NCBI GenBank assembly: GCA_002104945.1 | Contig: MCFH01000001.1 | Location: 1,178,001 to 1,242,000 of the forward strand | Origin: Piromyces finnis finn | Lineage: Eukaryota; Fungi; Neocallimastigomycota | Reading direction: 5' to 3' | Length of the DNA: 64,000 nt | In this document: in pieces, positions 55,437-64,000 of the stretch | Position numbering within the stretch: position 1 is the first letter of the stretch | Layout: the number at the start of each line of letters is the position of its first letter | Program-made: the position numbers and the translations under genes | The notes under the pieces: generated by a model | The model's input: only the letters and a program-made list of their open reading frames with translations | What the model was told of the DNA's origin: nothing | Databases searched by the model: none

Positions 55437-56000
55437 ATGAAATATTATATACAAATTTTAAGTACGAAATCACCAGATTCTTCTCCAGCATTTATTATCC
55501 ATTTTGATTCCCAAAGATATTTATTTAATTGCAGTGAAGGTACTCAACGTTTAATAAACGAGAATAAGATTCATTTAGGAAAAATAAAAAATCTTTTTTT
55601 TACTAGAAGTATATGGGAAAATATAGGAGGTTTACCAGGTATATATATGAAAAAAGTTATTTAAATTATGCCTTTTTGTTTATATATAAAAAAATACAGA
55701 ATATTATGAATTCGAAATGTGAAATTTAGAAATTTCATTTTTTTTAAGAAAATTAAGTTTTATTATAATATAGCATTTAAAATTGTATTTCATTTTTCTT
55801 CTTCTTCTTCTTCTTCTTATTTAATTATAATTATATAAATATATATATTTATTTATTATCTTTATGTTAAATATTAATAAAGGAATGGTATTAACTTTAG
55901 CTGATTCTGGTACTAAAGAATTTGGTGTTCATGGTCCTCGAAATTTATTGAAATGTTTTGTTGGATCAAGAAATTTCTTACAAAGGTAACATTAAACATA

Positions 56001-56033
<33 letters not shown>

Positions 56034-57138
56034 TTATACTTTTTATTTTTTATATAGTAAATTGGATTATAATAAATTAATTCTTTTATATGTATTTTTT
56101 TTAATTTTATTTAATTTTATTTATTAATATATAATCATCAATTATTTATTATTATATATTTCATATTTCATATTTTATTTTAAAATATTCATTTTATTTT
56201 TTTTTTCTGTTATATGAAATAAAATAAAAAAAAAAGATCTCAAGTTAATTTTAAAGTACATGAATTTTTAAGTTCAGACGAAAAATATGTAGATGAAAAT
56301 CTTTCCATTATTCCTGTGCCAATTTATCCTACAAAAGTTTCGAATGATGCAAATATATCGTCTCCAACCATTGAATCCCCTCTTGATACAGATAACATTG
56401 TTGATAGTATCAGTAGTTTTAAAAGAAAAATTAGTGTCATTGATAATCAATATAATTCTTATCATTTGAACAGAAAAATTTTAAAGTCTATGTTTTCTGG
56501 TAAAGAAGTGGGTACTCTTAAAACGTCTAAAATATATAAAAATGATAAGATTATTCCTTATACCTCGCTCACCGAAATTCAAAATGATGAAAATTGTGAT
56601 GGTGATAATGATGATGATGATTTTAATTTAGATGATTATCGTGATGTTCGTATAAAACAACCTCGTACTCCAGATTACTCTTTATGCTATATTTGTCAAA
56701 GTCATAAAGTCCCAGGAAAATTTAATCCAAAAAAAGCAAAAGAATTAGGTGTACCACCCGGAAAACAATTTGGTAAGTATTAAAATATATATATATATAT
56801 ATATATATATTTGCATGAAAATTAATACATATATATATTTATAAAAATTATATTTTAGGTTTACTAGCAAAAGGCGAATGTGTCACTACACCAGATGGTA
56901 ATATAGTAAGACCAGAACAAGTAAAAGAACCTGATAAGGTTTCTTCAATATTTATTGTAGTTGATTGCCCTTCTTTAGATCATATCCCTTCTCTTATATC
57001 ACAGAATCGTTTAAAAAATGAATCAGTAAAACAATATACTAAAAATATTATTCATATTTTGGGTGATCCTGAAATTCTTAGAAATGATCAATATAAGGCT
57101 TGGATGAATGAATTTTCGGATAATTGTAATGTAAGTTA

Positions 57139-57178
<40 letters not shown>

Positions 57179-59787
57179 TTAAAAGACAGTGATATTTATT
57201 ATAAATAAGTAAATTATAAAATTAGTATTATTAAAAACTTTTATTTTTAAATATTATCATATAACTTTTAAAAATAATATAAAAATATTTATATTTTCAT
57301 TGTAATAGCATATAATTGCTTGTAGAGATTATTGTTCAAATCATATCAATTTCTTATCCAATTCATATATGCAATATAAATTGAACCAAGTCGATACTGA
57401 ATCCTTCCCATTATTATATTTTAATAATGAAGTTAAAAATACATTTTCGGATGATAATCAACTTCCAAAAAATATTATATCAGCTTGCAATAACCTTCAA
57501 ATTCATATAGAACCAACAGAGCATTTAGATTATTCTAAAGTAAAGGAAAATTTCAACCTCAATAATATTCCAGAAAAAATCTCAGAAAAATTAAAAAATA
57601 ATGCTGATGCTATTCATACCCTTAAAAGTAGTATCAATCAATGGCGCCAAGAACATCCTTTCCTTTCTTACCCTTCTTCTACTGATTTAGAAATTGTTAC
57701 CCTTGGTACTGGTTCTGCCCTTCCATCTAAATATAGAAATGGTAAAGAATAAAATAATAATTATAAAATAATGAATAACCTCAACTTATTGATAATTTAT
57801 ATGCATTTATTTTATTTTTAAATGTATTAGTAAGTTCAACTATTATTTTATCGAAAAGAAATGGTCATATATTATTAGATGCTGGAGAAGGTACACTTGG
57901 TCAAATTTGTCGTCATTTTGGTTTAAATAAAACAATGAAAGAAATTCTTCCTGAAATTCGTATGATTTTTGTTTCTCATATTCATGCTGATCATCATTTG
58001 GGTTTAATGAACATTTTATCAAAAGTATATATATATTTTATTATTACTATTATTATAAGGATTATTAAGAGTTAATACTTTTTATATTTTAAATTAGATG
58101 GCATCTTTGGAAAGAACTATTGATCATCCTCTCTATATTATAGCCCCAGAAAAATTTAATATTTGGTTAGAGGAATATAATAATATTCAGGATATAGGGT
58201 TAAATAGATTCATTAAAGTGGTTCCAAGTTATTTATTATTTAGAAAATATGTAAATGCTTATGCAAAGTAATTATTTTGAATTTATTCTTTTTTTTTTTT
58301 TTTTTTTTTTTTTTTCAATAAAATATAAACATAATAATAATAAACATAATAATAAAAATAATAATAATAAACATAATAATAATAATCATAATAATCATAA
58401 TAATAATCATAATAATATATTTAATTTTTTTTTTTTTTTAACTTTTTCATATTATTATATTTATTAATTAGGTATGATGAAATGCTAGATTATTTAAATA
58501 TGAAAAATATTGAGACAGTACCTGTAATGCATGTCAAAGGAGCTTGTGCTATAGTATTTGATTATAAGGATTGTAGTTTAGAAAATGATACCACTATTAA
58601 ACCTATTCGTCTCGCTTATTCAGGAGATTGTAGACCTAATCGTGAATTTATCCGAGCTGGTATGAATGCTGATGTTTTAATTCATGAATCTACTTTTGAA
58701 AGTGAGTTAGAATATGAAGCTATAAAAAAATTCCATTGTACTATTAATGAAGCTTGTACTGTGGGTCGATGGTAATTTTATCCATTCTAATTAATAACTA
58801 ATTTTTTATAAATTAATATCAATATGAATTAATTATAAACTTTTTTTTTTTTTTTTTTTTATTATTATTATTATTCATATTCATATCATTATTATCCATA
58901 TTATTATTAGTATGAGAGTAAAATTCTTATTATTAACACATTTTTCACAAAGATATCCAAAAGTTCCATTATTCCCTGTATTTAAATCAAGTGATTATAA
59001 TTCAAATCTTCTTTATAGTCATATTTTTGATGCTCTTCCCACTACACCATATGTTCATTATGGTGCTAAAGGAAATTTCAATCATTCCAGTGATAATACA
59101 AAAGTCTCGACTGTTTCTTCTACAACTACTACTGCATCAACTACTCCCTCTCTTTCTCCATCTAATTCTGTTTCAGTACTTACACCAGCTTCAAGTTCAC
59201 AATCCTTGTTCCTTAATGATGAAACTAAAGCAAAATCCTGTTCTTGTTCACCAATCCTTACTTCTCAACCACGACCACTTATGCTTATACCAACTGAAGC
59301 TGGTCTCTCTTCATTTCAACTCATACCTTCAATTAAAGGAACAATTTCAGATATTGAAAAGATGTTAAAAAGTTTACCAGAAGATCCTAATTATAAAATG
59401 AAAATTGGTATGGCAGTTGATCATTTCCATTTAAGAGTAGGATATGATGAAAACTGTATGGAATGGATTACTGAAGCCATGCGTATTCTTATTCCAGATG
59501 ATGAAGAAGATGAAGAAGAAGAAATAAGTAGTAGTAGTAGTGAAAAAAAGAAATTAGAAAAATCAAGCAGGTGTAAAGAGAATTATAATAAAACATGTAA
59601 AGGAAACTCAAAACGAAATGAATCTAAAAAAGGAAAGTATTTATCTGCTAAGAGAAATAGCAATAGTCAATCCGATTCCTTAAAAAGTGTTGATGCTACC
59701 TTGGTCGAAAGTGAATCTGATACCCAAAATCATGAACGTCCAACACCTGCTGATGGTCCAATTCATAATAAAAGAATAAAATTCTAA
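55437..59787 (+). CDS. TRZ1: Long-form ribonuclease Z (tRNase ZL, Trz1/ELAC2), ~9 exons
   Basis: RYLFNCSEGTQR, PGKFNPKKAKELGVPPG (exosite), VTLGTGSALPSKYRNVSS, LLDAGEGTLGQI, SHIHADHHLG (HxHxDH), AYSGDCRP, VLIHESTF, HCT, LTHFSQRYPK. GT-AG introns. ATG at 55437 (the track begins at an upstream TTG). Confidence 0.92.
58321..58417. repeat. (AAT)n/AAACAT/AATCAT compound microsatellite in an RNase Z intron
   Basis: Reverse complement of the ATGTTT(ATT)n class seen at 16.1 kb and 36 kb. Confidence 0.8.
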
Positions 59788-59810
59788 TTTCAATTTCAAC
59801 ACACAAGCAC

Positions 59811-59879
<69 letters not shown>

Positions 59880-61556
59880 CAAAAACAATAATAGTAATAA
59901 TAACAGTAATGATAATAAAAAGAAATTATTTATCCAATATTATATTGATATTACTTTTTTTTATACTCGTTTTTATTACAATTTTTATCAATATTTATAT
60001 TTATATATTATTATTATTATTATGAAAAAATTGTATATATTTATACAAAGGAAAAATTATTTTATTAGCACCATATATTTTGTTAAAAAAATTTAATTCT
60101 TCTTTATTATTATTATTATTATGTAGTTTTTTATTATTCTATCTTTTTTAATTTTTATTTTTTTTTCTTTTCTTTTTATATTCATAATACATTTATAATT
60201 TACACAAAATATAATATATTTATTATATTTATTTTCTTTTAGAATTATATTTCTTTTTATTCAATTTATTAAATGAATGAATTAGAATATTAAATTTTCA
60301 TATTTTCAATATTATATAAATTAAAATTTTTCTTTTAATTAAAAATAAATAAATAAATAAAAAAAATAAATAAATATATAATGTTGAAAGAACTTTTCAA
60401 ATATTATTAATAATAGTAATAATAGTAATAATTATAATAAGTATAATAGAAAAAATTATAAACACTTTTTTGTTATTGTGTCAAACAAACCCTCCCTAAA
60501 TATAATGTTAAACTATTTTTATATATAATCTTATTAAACAAATACATTTCATTTTACAAAAGTTGTGAAACAAAAAGTAAAAGTTTAAATTCATATTAAA
60601 CAGTAGTAACATTTAATAAAGAATATTACAACAATTAATAAAAACAATTTTGCAAGATATAATTAATATCAAATTCGATAAACTAATAATAATAAATAAT
60701 AAAAAGACATTTGCAAGTTTATTGTTTATAATTAATATACCAAAAAAAAAAAAAAAAAAAAAAAAAAAAGCATTACAACTTTTAAATCAAAGTAAGTTAT
60801 TAGCATTAATATATAAATTAATTTGTTATTTTAAGTGGAGAATATAAATGTCACTTTCTTTTTCGATAAATGTAATATGTATATATACGTTTAAATATTC
60901 AGCTTGTAATAAAATAAATTGAAATTACTCTTTTTTTTTTTTTTTTTTTTTGACAGTTATAATAGTGTAACAGCAGTATCAACTTTTTTTTTTTTTTTTT
61001 TTTTTTTGGTATACTAGAAATTCTTAATTGGTTTTAACAACACTTTTATTTTACAATTAAAAGAAAATTACATCTTAAATATTTGCAATTTTGGAATTGT
61101 CATAAAGGCTACTTTTATAGTTGAAAATAATAAATGTTTAATATATAATAGCTACAATCCAGTAAAATATTCATGTTTTAAATAAATTTTGAAAATTTTA
61201 CTTAAATTTAAACTAATAATGATAATGACAACAATAGTAAAAAAGAAGACAATGAATGCATTTTTTTTTTTTTTGTTAAAATTATATAATTTCAAGTTTA
61301 ATGCTTATCCTTTAATAAAACATACTATAATTATAAATACAAGTATGTTATTGTGACTTATATATCTTATATACTTACATATTTTTTTTTTCTTTTTTTT
61401 TTAATTATATAATTATATAAAATATTTATGGATATAAATTTTATTATATGAAAATGAAAAAAACATAAACAAAAAAAAAAAAAAAAAAAAATTATTAATA
61501 AAAAAAGCTTAAAAAAATACACATATAACAACAACAACAATAATAATAATAAAAAA

Positions 61557-63458
61557 ATGAGTCAAACAGGAAATAAAGAAATATATTCATATGGAGCACC
61601 ATGGCCAGTCTATGGTATGAATTGGAGTTGTAAAAAAGATAAATTACGTCTTGGTTTTGGAAGTTTTCTAGAAAATTATCAAAATAAAGTATAATATCAT
61701 TGAAATATCATTTTACATATATTTTAATAATATATGTATCTATTAATATAAATGTGAAATTATAAAAACTATTAATACAATAATAATATAAAAAAGAAGA
61801 AAATATTTTTTATCAGTACTTTTTTTTTTTATTATTTCTCTATAGAATTATTAACAATATTAATAATATTATTAATAATATTATATATAAGTTACAAATA
61901 ATACAATTAGACGAAAAAACTGATGAATATGTAAAAATAGCTGAAGTAACACATAACTATCCAACAACAAAACTTTTATGGACACCATATAATGTAATTT
62001 AGCTATTTATTGTTCAACAAATATTTATGTTTATACGCATACTTTTTCTTAATAGTAATTATAAATATTTTTGTAATTGATAAAGGGTGGGTTAATGCCA
62101 GATTTATTTGCAACCACCAGTGAATATTTAAGAATATGGGAACTTTCTGATGATGTTAATTCTGAGGAAGCAGAAAATGAAATTTCATTAAAAGCTACTC
62201 TTGCTAATATAAGAAAAATAGGACCAGTATGTATTAAATAAAAATTTATTATTAATTAATATTTAATAAAATACTTCAATTTCCTTTTTTTATTTTCAAT
62301 TTGCTAAATTACCTTGTAATATTACTAATAATATTAATAAAGAATAAAAAGGATTTCTGTGCACCTCTAACATCATTTGATTGGAATGAAGTTGATCCTT
62401 CTATGATTGTCACTAGTAGTATTGATACTACTTGTACAATTTGGGATATAAATGTAAGTACAGTGATAAATATATTGATAATTTTAGATTTGATGCTAGT
62501 ATTTTTTTTTTTTTTTTTTTTTTTTACATTATATTTTAAAAATATAAATTGTGTTTAATAAAATTTTTATATTTTCTTATGTAATATTTTATAAATAATT
62601 CTTAATAGACTCAACAAGCTAAAACTCAATTAATTGCTCATGATAAAGAGGTTTATGATGTTGCTTTTTCAAATGGTGTAGATATATTTGCTAGTGTTGG
62701 AGCTGATGGCTCTGTAAGAATGTTTGATTTAAGGTAGGAAAAAATATATATTCTTTTAAAAATCATTATTATATAATAATATAGAATTATTGTATATTAT
62801 ATTCATTATCAAAACCAAAATGGTAAATCACTCATAATAAATATATATATTTATATTTTTTTTATTCTTTTATTATTTTTTATAAATAAACTCTATAATT
62901 AGAGCATTAGAACATTCAACTATTATTTATGAAACTTCAACTTCAAATGGTGATGAATCTGAAACAAGTAAAAGCCAAGAAAGCAATATGCCATTATTGA
63001 GATTATCATGGAATAAACAAGACCCAAATTATATTGCTACATTCCAAATGAATTCTTCTGATGTCATAATATTAGATATTCGTGTTCCTGCTGTACCCGT
63101 ATCCAAATTACATTGTCACAAAGGTAATATAAACTCAATTACTTGGTCACCTCAATCTCGTAAACATTTATGTTCAGCAGGTAAACATATATATATAAAT
63201 CTCTGAATTATTAATATATATTTTTATATAAAAGTTTTATTAAATATTATTTTTCATAAAAAAAAAAATAATTATAAAGGTGACGATGGTCAAGCTTATA
63301 TATGGGATATATCACAAATAGAAAAAGGTAGAAAAATTGAACAACCTATACTATCATATCAAGCAGGAAGTGCCATTAATCAAGTATGTTGGAATGCTTC
63401 ACATCCTGAATGGATTGGAATTAATTATGATGATCATATACAAGTATTAAAAGTTTAA
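61557..63458 (+). CDS. DCAF7: WD40 protein DCAF7/WDR68/Han11 (AN11/TTG1 family), 7 exons
   Basis: [133 protein letters not shown]. Confidence 0.95.
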
Positions 63459-64000
63459 TTTATAACAAAGGAAAATATCAATAAATAAAAATTAAATGTA
63501 TAATAAACAATATAAGAAATAAGAATGAAATATCATTCACATATAATTATATAGTTATATAATGTAAAGCATTTTTTTTATATCATGTTTTATATTAATA
63601 TTGTGTAAATGTCATATATGTTATACTAATTATCATAAAAATCAATAACAATTTGTCATTTCATTATTCATTTCAATAAAATAACTGTTTAAATTATCTG
63701 ATTTTAATATTTTTATTTTAATCTATTTAATTTATCAAAAGGGTAAAATAAAAAAAAAAAAAAAAAAAAGGATAAATAAATAAACAAATAACTAAATACT
63801 AAAAATAAATTGTATATATATATGTATATATAATATATATTTCAGAGGCTTAATAATGTGTATTTTGATGTTCGCGATGTTGACGGAATGAATGAAATTT
63901 TATAAATTATTGAAATAAAATATATATCCTTAAAAAATTATGTGATTGATTTTAATTTTATTTTTACTTTTTTAATTCTTTTAAATCGGTACGACATCTA

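Overview
Very AT-rich, intron-rich eukaryotic DNA, most consistent with an anaerobic gut fungus (Neocallimastigomycota). The taxon is inferred from base composition, short GT-AG introns and a bacterial-type intronless gene. Positions 1-11265 are a nested non-LTR retrotransposon (LINE) cluster on the minus strand. Two near-identical elements, each with an intact 1507-aa APE+RT+CCHC ORF, sit about 106 bp apart inside an older 5'-truncated copy of the same family. The second has a poly(A) tail and an 11-12 bp target-site duplication. Nine host genes follow: 14-3-3 (with micro-exons), prefoldin subunit 5 (absent from the ORF track; contains a U12-type AT-AC intron), an RNF10/Mag2-like RING E3 with an N-terminal PAM2-like motif, an orphan single-pass Ser/Thr-rich membrane protein, a 2-exon 4-TM protein, a bacterial-type NhaC-family transporter, a bestrophin-family channel, long-form RNase Z and DCAF7/Han11. 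A ~12 kb gene-free stretch (28.8-40.8 kb) and many micro/minisatellites fill the rest. No tRNA, rRNA or CRISPR array could be supported. All exon models were built by hand from splice signals and reading-frame continuity.
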